Source: Eledone cirrhosa
Taxonomy: Eukaryota
Assembly (NCBI GenBank): GCA_964016885.1
Contig: OZ024749.1
Location: 8,432,001 to 8,496,000 of the forward strand
DNA length: 64,000 nt
Direction: 5' to 3'
In this document: positions 27,001-39,751 of the stretch, piece by piece
Layout of the letters: each line of letters opens with the position of its first letter
How positions within the stretch are numbered: the first letter of the stretch is position 1
Program-made: the position numbers and the translations under genes
Notes under the pieces: model-generated
What the model was told of the DNA's origin: nothing
Database searches by the model: none
The model's input: the letters and a program-made list of their open reading frames with translations, nothing else

Positions 27001-30000
27001 GTGTTAATGGTCTTGTTGGTATAGGTTGTGTTGGTGTTAATGGTCTTGTTGGTATAGGTGGTGTTGGTGTTAATGGTCTTGTTGGTATAGGTTGTGTTGG
27101 TGTTAATGGTCTTGTTGTTATAGGTGGTGTTGGTGTTAATGGTCTTGCTGGTATAGGTGGTGTTGGTGTTAATGGTCTTGCTGGTATAGGTGGTGTTGGT
27201 GTTGGTGTTAATGGTCTTGCTGGTATAGGTGGTGTTGGTGTTAATGGTCTTGCTGGTATAGGTGGTGTTGGTGTTAATGGTCTTGCTGGTATAGGTGGTG
27301 GTGGTGTTAGTGGTCTTGTTGGTATAGGTGGTGTTGGTGTTAATGGTCTTGATGGTATAGGTGGTGGTGGTGTTAGTGGTCTTGTTGGTATAGGTGGTGT
27401 TGGTGTTAGTGGTCTTGTTGGTATAGGTGGTGGTGGTGTTAGTAGACTTGTTGGTATAGGTGGTGATGGTGTTGGTGTTAATGGTCTTGTTGGTATAGGT
27501 GGTGGTGGTGTTAATGGTCTTGCTGGTATAGGTGGTGTTGGTGTTAATGGTCCTGCTGGTATAGGTGGTGTTGGTGTTAATGGTCTTGCTGGTATAGGTG
27601 GTGTTGGTGTTAATGGTCTTGCTGGTATAGGTGGTGTTGGTGTTAATGGTCTTGCTGGTATAGGTGGTGTTGGTGTTAATGGTCTTGCTGGTATAGGTGG
27701 TGTTGGTGTTAATGGTCTTGCTGGTATATGTGGTGTTGGTGTTAATGGTCTTGCTGGTATAGGTGGTGTTGGTGTTAATGCTCTTGCTGGTATAGGTGGT
27801 GTTGGTGTTAATGGTCTTGCTGGTATAGGTGGTGTTGGTGTTGGTGTTAATGGTCTTGTTGGTATAGCTGGTGTTGGTGTTAATGGTCTTGCTGGTATAG
27901 GTGGTGTTGGTGTTAATGGTCTTGCTGGTATAGGTGGTGTTGGTGTTAATGGTCTTGTTGGTATAGGTTGTGTTGGTGTTAATGGTCTTGCTGGTATAGG
28001 TGGTGTTGGTGTTAATGGTCTTGCTGGTATAGGTGGTGTTGGTGTTAATGGTCTTGCTGGTATAGGTGGTGTTGGTGTTGGTGTTAATGGTCTTGTTGGT
28101 ATAGGTGGTGTTGGTGTTAATGGTCTTGTTGGTATAGGTGGTGTTGGTGTTAATGGTCTTGCTGGTATAGGTGGTGTTGGTGTTGGTGTTAATGGTCTTG
28201 TTGGTATAGGTGGTGTTGGTGTTAATGGTCTTGTTGGTATAGGTGGTGTTGGTGTTAATGGTCTTGCTGGCATAGGTGGTGTTGGTGTTAATGGTCTTGC
28301 TGGTATAGGTGGTGTTGGTGTTAATGGTCTTGATGGTATAGGTGGTGTTGGTGTTGGTGTTAATGGTCTTGTTGGTATAGGTGGTGTTGGTGTTGGTGTT
28401 AATGGTCTTGTTGGTATAGGTGGTGTTGGTGTTAATGGTCTTGCTGGTATAGGTGGTGTTGGTGTTGGTGTTAATGGTCTTGTTGGTATAGGTGGTGTTG
28501 GTGTTAATGGTCTTGCTGGTATAGGTGGTGTTGGTGTTAATGGTCTTGTTGGTATAGGTTGTGTTGGTGTTAATGGTCTTGTTGGTATAGGTGGTGTTGG
28601 TGATAATGGTCTTGCTGGTATAGGTGGTGTTGGTGTTAATGGTCTTGCTGGTATAGGTGGTGGTGATGTTAATGGTCTTGTTGGTATAGGTGGTGTTGGT
28701 GTTAATGGTATTGCTGGTATAGGTGGTGTTGGTGTTGGTGTTAATGGTCTTGTTGGTATAGGTTGTGTTGGTGTTAATGGTCTTGTTGGTATAGGTGGTG
28801 TTGGTGTTAATGGTCTTGCTGGTATAGGTGGTGTTGGTGTTGGTGTTAATGGTCTTGTTGGTATAGGTTGTGTTGGTGTTAATGGTCTTGTTGGTATAGG
28901 TGGTGTTGGTGTTAATGGTCTTGCTGGTATAGGTGGTGTTGGTGTTGGTGTTAATGGTCTTGTTGGTATAGGTTGTGTTGGTGTTAATGGTCTTGTTGGT
29001 ATAGGTGGTGTTGGTGTTAATGGTCTTGCTGGTATAGGTGGTGTTGGTGTTAATGGTCTTGCTGGTATAGGTGGTGTTGGTGTTAATGGTCTTGTTGGTA
29101 TAGGTGGTGTTGGTGTTAATGGTCTTGTTGGTATAGGTGGTGTTGGTGTTAATGGTCTTGCTGGTATAGGTGGTGTTGGTGTTGGTGTTAATGGTCTTGT
29201 TGGTATAGGTGGTGTTGGTGTTAATGGTCTTGCTGGTATAGGTGGTGTTGGTGTTAATGGTCTTGTTGGTATAGGTTGTGTTGGTGTTAATGGTCTTGTT
29301 GGTATAGGTGGTGTTGGTGTTAATGGTCTTGTTGGCATAGGTGGTGTTGGTGTTAATGGTCTTGTTGGTATAGGTTGTGTTGGTGTTAATGGTCTTGTTG
29401 GTATAGGTGGTGTTGGTGTTGGTGTTAATGGTCTTGCTGGTATAGGAGGTGGTGGTGTTGGTGTTAATGGTCTTGTTGGTATAGGTGGTGTTGGTGTTGG
29501 TGTTAATGGTCTTCTTGGTATAGGTGGTGTTGGTGTTGGTGTTAATGGTCTTGTTGGTATAGGTGGTGTTGGTGTTTGTGTTAATGGTCTTGTTGGTATA
29601 GGTGGTGTTGGTGTTGGTGTTAATGGTCTTGCTGGTATAGGTGGTGTTGGTGTTTATGGTCTTGCTGGTATAGGTGGTGGTGGTGGTGGTGTTAATGGTC
29701 TTGCTGGTATAGGTGGAGGTGGTGTTGGTGTTAATGGTCTTGCTGGTATAGGTGGTGTTGGTGTTAGTGGTCTTGCTGGTATAGGTGGTGGTGGTGGTGG
29801 TGTTAATGGTCTTGCTGGTATAGGTGGTGGTGGTGTTAGTGGTCTTGCTGGTATAGGTGGTGGTGGTGTTAATGGTCTTGCTGGTATAGGTGGTGGTGGT
29901 GTTAATGGCCTTGCTGGTGTAGGTGGTGGTGGTGTTAATGGTCTTGCTGGTATAGGTGGTGGTGGTGTTAGTGGTCTTGTTGGTATAGGTGGTGTTGGTG

Positions 30001-33000
30001 TTAATGATCTTGCTGGTATAGGTGGTGGTGGTGTTAGTGGTCTTGCTGGTATAGGTGGTGGTGGTGGTGTTAATGGCCTTGCTGGTATAGGTGGTGTTGG
30101 TGTTAATGGTCTTGCTGGTATAGGTGGTGGTGGTGTTAGTGGTCTTGCTGGTATAGGTGGTGTTGGTGTTAATGGTCTTGTTGGTATAGGTGGTGTTGGT
30201 GTTGGTGTTAATGGTCTTGCTGGTATAGGTGGTATTGGTGTTGGTGTTAATGGTCTTGTTGGTATAGGTGGTGGTGGTGTTGGTTTTAATGGTCTTGCTG
30301 GTATAGGTGGTGTTGTTGTTGGTGGTAATGGTCTTGCTGGTATAGGTGGTGTTGGTGTTAATGGTCTTGATGTTATAGGTGGTGATGGTGTTGGTGTTAA
30401 TGGTTTTGTTGGTATAGGTGGTGGTGGTGTTAATGGTCTTGTTGGTATAGGTGGTGTGGGTGTTAATGGTCTTGCTGGTATAGGTGGTGTTGGTGTTAAT
30501 GGTCTTGCTGGTATAGGTGGTGTTGGTGTTAATGGTCTTGCTGGTATAGGTGGTGGTGGTGTTGGTGTTAATGGTCTTGTTGGTATAGGTGGTGTTGGTG
30601 TTAATGGTCTTGTTGGTATAGGTGGTGTTGGTGTTAATGGTCTTGCTGGTATAGGTGGTGGTGGTGTTGGTGTTAATGGTCTTGTTGGTATAGGTGGTGT
30701 TGGTGTTAATGGTCTTGCTGGTATAGGTGGTGGTGGTGTTGGTGTTAATGGTCTTGTTGGTATAGGTGGTGGTGGTGTTAATGGTCTTGTTGGTATAGGT
30801 GGTGGTGGTGTTGGTGTTAATGGTCTTGTTGGTATAGGTGGTGTTGGTGTTGGTGTTAATGGTCTTGTTGGTATAGGTGGTGGTGGTGTTGGTGTTAATG
30901 GTCTTGTTGGTATAGGTGGTGTTGGTGTTGGTGTAAATGGTCTTGTTGGTATAGGTGGTGTTGGTGTTGGTGTTAATGGTCTTGTTGGTATAGGTGGTGT
31001 TGGTGTTGGTGTTAATGGTCTTGTTGGTATAGGTGGTGTTGGTGTTGGTGTTAATGGTCTTGCTGGTATAGGTGGTGTTGGTGTTGGTGTTAATGGTCTT
31101 GTTGGTATAGGTGGTGGTGGTGTTGGTGTTAATGCTCTTGTTGGTATAGGTGGTGTTGGTGTTAATGGTCTTGTTGGTATAGGTGGTGTTGGTGTTAATG
31201 GTCTTGTTGGTATAGGTGGTGTTGGTGTTGGTGTTAATGGTCTTGTTGGTATAGGTGGTGGTGGTGTTGGTGTTAATGGTCTTGTTGGTATAGGTGGTTT
31301 TGGTGTTGGTGTTAATGGTCTTGCTGGTATAGGTGGTGGTGGTGTTGGTGTTAATGGTCTTGTTGGTATAGGTGGTGTTGGTGTTGGTGTTAATGGTCTT
31401 GTTGGTATAGGTGGTGTTGGTGTTGGTGTTAATGGTCTTGTTGGTATAGGTGGTGTTGGTGTTGGTGTTAATGGTCTTGCTGGTATAGGTGGTGTTGGTG
31501 TTGGTGTTAATGGTCTTGTTGGTATAGGTGGTGGTGGTGTTGGTGTTAATGCTCTTGTTGGTATAGGTGGTGTTGGTGTTGGTGTTAATGGTCTTGCTGG
31601 TATAGGTGGTGTTGGTGTTGGTGTTAATGGTCTTGTTGGTATAGGTGGTGTTGGTGTTGGTGTTAATGGTCTTGTTGGTATAGGTGGTGTTGGTGTTGGT
31701 GTTAATGGTCTTGCTGGTATAGGTGGTGTTGGTGTTGGTGTTAATGGTCTTGTTGGTATAGGTGGTGGTGGTGTTGGTGTTAATGCTCTTGTTGGTATAG
31801 GTGGTGTTGGTGTTAATGGTCTTGTTGGTATAGGTGGTGTTGGTGTTAATGGTCTTGTTGGTATAGGTGGTGTTGGTGTTGGTGTTAATGGTCTTGTTGG
31901 TATAGGTGGTGTTGGTGTTGGTGTTAATGGTCTTGTTGGTATAGGTGGTGTTGGTGTTGGTGTTAATGGTCTTGCTGGTATAGGTGGTGTTGGTGTTGGT
32001 GTTAATGGTCTTGTTGGTATAGGTGGTGTTGGTGTTAATGGTCTTGCTGGTATAGGTGGTGTTGGTGTTAATGGTCTTGTTGGTATAGGTTGTGTTGGTG
32101 TTAATGGTCTTGTTGGTATAGGTGGTGTTGGTGATAATGGTCTTGCTGGTATAGGTGGTGTTGGTGTTAATGGTCTTGCTGGTATAGGTGGTGGTGATGT
32201 TAATGGTCTTGTTGGTATAGGTGGTGTTGGTGTTAATGGTATTGCTGGTATAGGTGGTGTTGGTGTTGGTGTTAATGGTCTTGTTGGTATAGGTTGTGTT
32301 GGTGTTAATGGTCTTGTTGGTATAGGTGGTGTTGGTGTTAATGGTCTTGCTGGTATAGGTGGTGTTGGTGTTGGTGTTAATGGTCTTGTTGGTATAGGTT
32401 GTGTTGGTGTTAATGGTCTTGTTGGTATAGGTGGTGTTGGTGTTAATGGTCTTGCTGGTATAGGTGGTGTTGGTGTTGGTGTTAATGGTCTTGTTGGTAT
32501 AGGTTGTGTTGGTGTTAATGGTCTTGTTGGTATAGGTGGTGTTGGTGTTAATGGTCTTGCTGGTATAGGTGGTGTTGGTGTTAATGGTCTTGCTGGTATA
32601 GGTGGTGTTGGTGTTAATGGTCTTGTTGGTATAGGTGGTGTTGGTGTTAATGGTCTTGTTGGTATAGGTGGTGTTGGTGTTAATGGTCTTGCTGGTATAG
32701 GTGGTGTTGGTGTTGGTGTTAATGGTCTTGTTGGTATAGGTGGTGTTGGTGTTAATGGTCTTGCTGGTATAGGTGGTGTTGGTGTTAATGGTCTTGTTGG
32801 TATAGGTTGTGTTGGTGTTAATGGTCTTGTTGGTATAGGTGGTGTTGGTGTTAATGGTCTTGTTGGCATAGGTGGTGTTGGTGTTAATGGTCTTGTTGGT
32901 ATAGGTTGTGTTGGTGTTAATGGTCTTGTTGGTATAGGTGGTGTTGGTGTTGGTGTTAATGGTCTTGCTGGTATAGGAGGTGGTGGTGTTGGTGTTAATG

Positions 33001-36000
33001 GTCTTGTTGGTATAGGTGGTGTTGGTGTTGGTGTTAATGGTCTTCTTGGTATAGGTGGTGTTGGTGTTGGTGTTAATGGTCTTGTTGGTATAGGTGGTGT
33101 TGGTGTTTGTGTTAATGGTCTTGTTGGTATAGGTGGTGTTGGTGTTGGTGTTAATGGTCTTGCTGGTATAGGTGGTGTTGGTGTTTATGGTCTTGCTGGT
33201 ATAGGTGGTGGTGGTGGTGGTGTTAATGGTCTTGCTGGTATAGGTGGAGGTGGTGTTGGTGTTAATGGTCTTGCTGGTATAGGTGGTGTTGGTGTTAGTG
33301 GTCTTGCTGGTATAGGTGGTGGTGGTGGTGGTGTTAATGGTCTTGCTGGTATAGGTGGTGGTGGTGTTAGTGGTCTTGCTGGTATAGGTGGTGGTGGTGT
33401 TAATGGTCTTGCTGGTATAGGTGGTGGTGGTGTTAATGGCCTTGCTGGTGTAGGTGGTGGTGGTGTTAATGGTCTTGCTGGTATAGGTGGTGGTGGTGTT
33501 AGTGGTCTTGTTGGTATAGGTGGTGTTGGTGTTAATGATCTTGCTGGTATAGGTGGTGGTGGTGTTAGTGGTCTTGCTGGTATAGGTGGTGGTGGTGGTG
33601 TTAATGGCCTTGCTGGTATAGGTGGTGTTGGTGTTAATGGTCTTGCTGGTATAGGTGGTGGTGGTGTTAGTGGTCTTGCTGGTATAGGTGGTGTTGGTGT
33701 TAATGGTCTTGTTGGTATAGGTGGTGTTGGTGTTGGTGTTAATGGTCTTGCTGGTATAGGTGGTATTGGTGTTGGTGTTAATGGTCTTGTTGGTATAGGT
33801 GGTGGTGGTGTTGGTTTTAATGGTCTTGCTGGTATAGGTGGTGTTGTTGTTGGTGGTAATGGTCTTGCTGGTATAGGTGGTGTTGGTGTTAATGGTCTTG
33901 ATGTTATAGGTGGTGATGGTGTTGGTGTTAATGGTTTTGTTGGTATAGGTGGTGGTGGTGTTAATGGTCTTGTTGGTATAGGTGGTGTGGGTGTTAATGG
34001 TCTTGCTGGTATAGGTGGTGTTGGTGTTAATGGTCTTGCTGGTATAGGTGGTGTTGGTGTTAATGGTCTTGCTGGTATAGGTGGTGGTGGTGTTGGTGTT
34101 AATGGTCTTGTTGGTATAGGTGGTGTTGGTGTTAATGGTCTTGTTGGTATAGGTGGTGTTGGTGTTAATGGTCTTGCTGGTATAGGTGGTGGTGGTGTTG
34201 GTGTTAATGGTCTTGTTGGTATAGGTGGTGTTGGTGTTAATGGTCTTGCTGGTATAGGTGGTGGTGGTGTTGGTGTTAATGGTCTTGTTGGTATAGGTGG
34301 TGGTGGTGTTAATGGTCTTGTTGGTATAGGTGGTGGTGGTGTTGGTGTTAATGGTCTTGTTGGTATAGGTGGTGTTGGTGTTGGTGTTAATGGTCTTGTT
34401 GGTATAGGTGGTGGTGGTGTTGGTGTTAATGGTCTTGTTGGTATAGGTGGTGTTGGTGTTGGTGTAAATGGTCTTGTTGGTATAGGTGGTGTTGGTGTTG
34501 GTGTTAATGGTCTTGTTGGTATAGGTGGTGTTGGTGTTGGTGTTAATGGTCTTGTTGGTATAGGTGGTGTTGGTGTTGGTGTTAATGGTCTTGCTGGTAT
34601 AGGTGGTGTTGGTGTTGGTGTTAATGGTCTTGTTGGTATAGGTGGTGGTGGTGTTGGTGTTAATGCTCTTGTTGGTATAGGTGGTGTTGGTGTTAATGGT
34701 CTTGTTGGTATAGGTGGTGTTGGTGTTAATGGTCTTGTTGGTATAGGTGGTGTTGGTGTTGGTGTTAATGGTCTTGTTGGTATAGGTGGTGGTGGTGTTG
34801 GTGTTAATGGTCTTGTTGGTATAGGTGGTTTTGGTGTTGGTGTTAATGGTCTTGCTGGTATAGGTGGTGGTGGTGTTGGTGTTAATGGTCTTGTTGGTAT
34901 AGGTGGTGTTGGTGTTGGTGTTAATGGTCTTGTTGGTATAGGTGGTGTTGGTGTTGGTGTTAATGGTCTTGTTGGTATAGGTGGTGTTGGTGTTGGTGTT
35001 AATGGTCTTGCTGGTATAGGTGGTGTTGGTGTTGGTGTTAATGGTCTTGTTGGTATAGGTGGTGGTGGTGTTGGTGTTAATGCTCTTGTTGGTATAGGTG
35101 GTGTTGGTGTTGGTGTTAATGGTCTTGCTGGTATAGGTGGTGTTGGTGTTGGTGTTAATGGTCTTGTTGGTATAGGTGGTGTTGGTGTTGGTGTTAATGG
35201 TCTTGTTGGTATAGGTGGTGTTGGTGTTGGTGTTAATGGTCTTGCTGGTATAGGTGGTGTTGGTGTTGGTGTTAATGGTCTTGTTGGTATAGGTGGTGGT
35301 GGTGTTGGTGTTAATGCTCTTGTTGGTATAGGTGGTGTTGGTGTTAATGGTCTTGTTGGTATAGGTGGTGTTGGTGTTAATGGTCTTGTTGGTATAGGTG
35401 GTGTTGGTGTTGGTGTTAATGGTCTTGTTGGTATAGGTGGTGTTGGTGTTGGTGTTAATGGTCTTGTTGGTATAGGTGGTGTTGGTGTTGGTGTTAATGG
35501 TCTTGCTGGTATAGGTGGTGGTGGTGTTGGTGTTAATGGTCTTGTTGTTATAGGTGGTGTTGGTGTTGGTGTTAATGGTCTTGTTGGTATAGGTGGTGTT
35601 GGTGTTGGTGTTAATGGTCTTGCTGGTATAGGTGGTGTTGGTGTTGGTGTTAATGGTCTTGTTGGTATAGGTGGTGTTGGTGTTGGTGTTAATGGTCTTG
35701 TTGGTATAGGTGGTGTTGGTGTTAATGGTCTTGTTGTTATAGGTGGTGGTGGTGGTGTTGGTGTTAATGGTCTTGCTGGTATAGGTGGTGTTGGTGTTGG
35801 TGTTAATGGTCTTGTTGGTATAGGTGGTGTTGGTGTTGGTGTTAATGGTCTTGTTGGTATAGGTGGTGTTGGTGTTAATGGTCTTGTTGGTATAGATGGT
35901 GGTGGTGGTGTTGGTGTTAATGGTCTTGCTGGTATAGGTGGTGTTGGTGTTGGTGTTAATGGTCTTCCTGGTATAGGTGGTGTTGGTGTTGGTGTTAATG

Positions 36001-38110
36001 GTCTTGTTGGTATAGGTGGTGGTGGTGTTGGTGTTAATGGTCTTGTTGGTATAGGTGGTGTTGGTGTTAATGGTCTTGTTGGTATAGGTGGTGGTGGTGG
36101 TGTTGGTGTTAATGGTCTTGCTGGTATTGGTGGTGTTGGTGTTGGTGTTAATGGTCTTGCTGGTATAGGTGGTGTTGGTGTTAATGGTCTTGCTGGTATA
36201 GGTGGTGGTGGTGGTGGTGTTAATGGTCTTGCTGGTATAGGTGGTGGTGGTGTTGGTGTTAATGGTCTTGCTGGTATAGGTGGTGTTGGTGTTAATGGTC
36301 TTGCTGGTATAGGTGGTGGTGGTGTTAATGGTCTTGCTGGTATAGGTGGTGGTGGTGTTAATGGTCATGCTGGTATAGGTGGTGGTGGTGTTAATGGTCT
36401 TGCTGGTATAGGTGGTGGTGGTGTAAGTGGTCTTGTTGGTATAGGTGGTGTTGGTGATAATGGTCTTGCTGGTATAGGTGGTGGTGGTGTTAGTGGTCTT
36501 GCTGGTATAGGTGGTGGTGGTGGTGTTAATGGTCTTGCTGGTATAGGTGGTGTTGGTGTTGGTGTTAATGGTCTTGTTGGTATAGGTGGTGGTGGTGTTG
36601 GCGTTAATGGTCTTGCTGGTATAAGTGGTGTTGGTGTTGGTGGTAATGGTCTTGCTTGTATAGGTGGTGTTGGTGTTAATGATCTTGCTGGTATAGCTGG
36701 TGATGGTGTTGGTGTTAATGGTCTTGTTGGTATAGGTGGTGTTGGTGTTAATGGTCTTGCTGGTATAGGTGGTGTTGGTGTTAATGGTCTTGTTGGTATA
36801 GGTGGTGTTGGTGTTAATGGTCTTGTTGGTATAGGTGGTGTTGGTGTTAATGGTCTTGTTGGTATAGGTGGTGGTGGTGTTAGTGGTCTTGCTGGTATAG
36901 GTGGTGGTGGTGTTAATGGTTTGATGGTATAGGTGGTGATGGTGTTAGTGGTCTTGTTGGTATAGGTGGTGTTGGTGTTGGTGTTAGTGGTCTTGCTGGT
37001 ATAGGTGGTGTTGGTGTTGGTGTTAATGGTCTTGCTGGTATAGGTGGTGGTGGTGTTAGTGGTCTTGTTGGTATAGGTGGTGGTGGTGTTGGTGTTAATG
37101 GTCTTGCTGGTATAGGTGGTGGTGGTGTTAGTGGTCTTGCTGGTATAGGTGGTGGTGGTGTTAATGGTCTTGCTGGTATAGGTGGTGGTGGTGTTAGTGG
37201 TCTTGTTGGTATAGGTGGTGTTGGTGTTGGTGTTAGTGGTCTTGCTTGTATAGGTGGTGTTGGTGTTGGTGTTAATGGTCTTGCTGGTATAGGTGGTGGT
37301 GGTGTTAGTGGTCTTGTTGGTATAGGTGGTGGTGGTGTTGGTGTTAGTGGTCTTGCTGGTATAGGTGGTGTTGGTGTTGGTGTTAGTGGTCTTGCTGGTA
37401 TAGGTGGTGGTGGTGTTAATGGTTTGATGGTATAGGTGGTGGTGGTGTTAGTGGTCTTGTTGGTATAGGTGGTGTTGGTGTTGGTGTTAGTGGTCTTGCT
37501 GGTATAGGTGGTGTTGGTGTTGGTGTTAATGGTCTTGCTGGTATAGGTGGTGGTGGTGTTAGTGGTCTTGTTGGTATAGGTGGTGGTGGTGTTGGTGTTA
37601 GTGGTCTTGCTGGTATAGGTGATGGTGGTGTTGGTGTTAGTGGTCTTGCTGGTATAGGTGGTGTTGGTGGTGGTGTTAATGGTCTTGCTGGTATAGGTGG
37701 TGGTGGTGTTGGTGTTAATGGTCTTGCTGGTATAGGTGGTGGTGGTTTTAATGGTCTTGCTGGTATAGGTGGGGTTGGTGTTAGTGGTCTTGCTGGTATA
37801 GGTGGTGTTGGTGTTAATGGTCTTGTTGGTATAGGTGGTGTTGGTGTTGGTGTTAGTGGTCTTGTTGGTATAGGTGGGGTTGGTGTTGATGGTCTTGCTG
37901 GTATAGGTGGTGTTGGTGTTTCTGTTAATATTGTAATGGGGATGTTAGTTTTGTGGTGTTAGTTTTAATGGTCTTGCTTGTATAGGAGGTGTTGGTGCTG
38001 CTGTTTGTGTTAATGGTGGTGCTGGTATTGTTGGTATTGTTGGTGTTGGTGGTGTTGGTGGTGTTTGTGTTGGTGTTAATGGTGGTATAGGTCATATTGG
38101 TAACGGTGGT
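1..38110. repeat. 33-bp G/T-rich minisatellite/satellite array (roughly 1,100 units by length; open at the left edge)
   Basis: Tandem GGTATAGGTGGTGTTGGTGTTA(A/G)TGGTCTTG(C/T)T with 36/39/42-bp length variants made by extra GGT or GGTGTT. It decays into simple GGT/GTT triplets after ~37920. Confidence 0.98.
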
Positions 38111-38434
38111 GTTGGTGCTACTGTTAATAGTATTATGTATTTCTGCTGATGTTACTGCCACACTTCAAATTTTATTTTTTCTCTATTCTATTATTCTCCT
38201 CTTCTGTTCGTTTATAATTGGATGTAACGTATTTTATGTTATCTTTTTTTTTGTTCCATCTTTTCGTTATTCATCTCATTCTTCTATTCTAGAACTGGGG
38301 TAAATTTAATTCCTGTTCTATATTTTATGGTCACGGAGTTATTTTATAACCGCTCCAGTGTTTCATCTATTTACTGCCATGGATTCGTCGCCATTAACAA
38401 AAACTAATTACAATACCATTGCCCCCCCCTCTCT

Positions 38435-38437
<3 letters not shown>

Positions 38438-38470
<33 letters not shown>

Positions 38471-38548
38471 CTACAAATAAAACAGCTCTAACCCTAAAGA
38501 AGTCTATGATAAAATAAACAGACCTACACACACACACACACACACACA

Positions 38549-38640
<92 letters not shown>

Positions 38641-38660
38641 GTATGTGTGTGTGTGTGTGC
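38438..38660. repeat. Compound microsatellite cluster (GT)n,(CA)n,(CT)n,(TA)n
   Basis: Directly visible dinucleotide runs. Confidence 0.95.
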
Positions 38661-39432
38661 GAGACGGAAGCCGGTCGGAATATTGCTTAAAACTTACTCT
38701 GTTAATGTATTAAATATTATACTCTTGATTTGGCCAGGGATGAATATTACCAGATACTTTTTAGGTCTGACTTCCCGTATTTATTATTTGTATGTAATAT
38801 TGATTGTTCTTCCGGTATCTTGTCTCTGTTTTTAGCCTAAGAAATTACCCATATGCGTGTATAAATAATACATGCATATATTTATTTTTTTATATCAAAT
38901 TGAATTCTTCACGCATGGTTAAAATTATTGAAAGAATTAATTGACCTGCGTGCATATTATGTTATTCTTTTATGTTTTGCGATGACCTCCCCTTCCCGCT
39001 TGGTGACGGTGTGAGATTTCTCATCGTGAGACGACTGCTGGAATTTCAAATTTGGCGGTCACCCTAACACTGACGGGTACCATCGCTGAATGTTAATATC
39101 GGTAGGGTTTTTTTTATATCGATATTGTCGGGCATCCACTGATGATTTATAAGTGCCCACATACATACATTCCTATAGATTATGTATAGGCTTCTACATA
39201 ACCTGGACATTATTTTCCCAACTTGTAGAAAACTTATAATGAAACGATCGTTTGGAAAGAGAGATGTATTTAATTATGTCTTATATGAAATAATACAATT
39301 GGCTATCCGCCAAATACGTATAGTTAGCACCCCAAACGTATAACTGGGATTATACTAAGGTATATCCTAATGTTTGTTGAGTGAGACGGAAGTCGGTCGG
39401 AGTATTGCTTAAAGCTTTCTCTGTTAATGTAT

Positions 39433-39437
<5 letters not shown>
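38661..39437 (+). mobile_element. Non-coding Penelope-like/retrozyme-like unit with ~57-bp terminal direct repeats
   Basis: gagacggaagYcggtcggaRtattgcttaaa...tctgttaatgtattaaatat occurs at 38661-38717 and ~39383-39439. A hammerhead lies inside and microsatellites flank it. Confidence 0.55.
39135..39256 (+). ncRNA. Type I hammerhead ribozyme with branched, extended stem II
   Basis: tcca-CTGATGA-tttataag...cttataat-GAAAC-gatc-GTT-tgga. Stem I is tcca/tgga, stem II is ttataag/cttataa, and the internal hairpins are cctata/tatagg and ttctaca/tgtagaa. Confidence 0.72.
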
Positions 39438-39479
<42 letters not shown>

Positions 39480-39602
39480 GGCGTGGGATGCTTAAAGCGT
39501 CCGTAAGCGGTAGGCCATTTGAGCACTCGATGCTCTTACAGAGCAGAGTATAATATCACATAAGAAACGGAGAATCAGTGGTGCGATGAATAAGATTTAT
39601 TA

Positions 39603-39697
39603 GACATATTACAATCGTTTCTCTGGCGACAAGCTCGAGGCACGATTGATGCAATGATCGAACCTAACGCTGAAATCGCAAGGTCCTCAGATATGTC
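39603..39697 (-). ncRNA. Type I hammerhead ribozyme with long stem II
   Basis: Reverse strand reads gacatat-CTGAGGA-ccttgcgat...gtcgccaga-GAAAC-gatt-GTA-atatgtc-tAATAAA, with a perfect 7-bp stem I. Confidence 0.8.
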
Positions 39698-39710
39698 CCG
39701 ATTCTACGAT

Positions 39711-39751
<41 letters not shown>

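Noticed and set aside
13413-36932. 7651-, 6366-, 3584- and 1071-aa ORFs as real genes
   Set aside because: They are pure translations of the 33-bp unit with no unique domains or signal peptide. Starts are chance variants, and frameshifted units are propagated within the array.
1-38110. CRISPR array or telomeric repeat
   Set aside because: There are no unique spacers or cas genes and no canonical telomere unit. The G-rich strand runs toward the unique sequence, not toward the open end.
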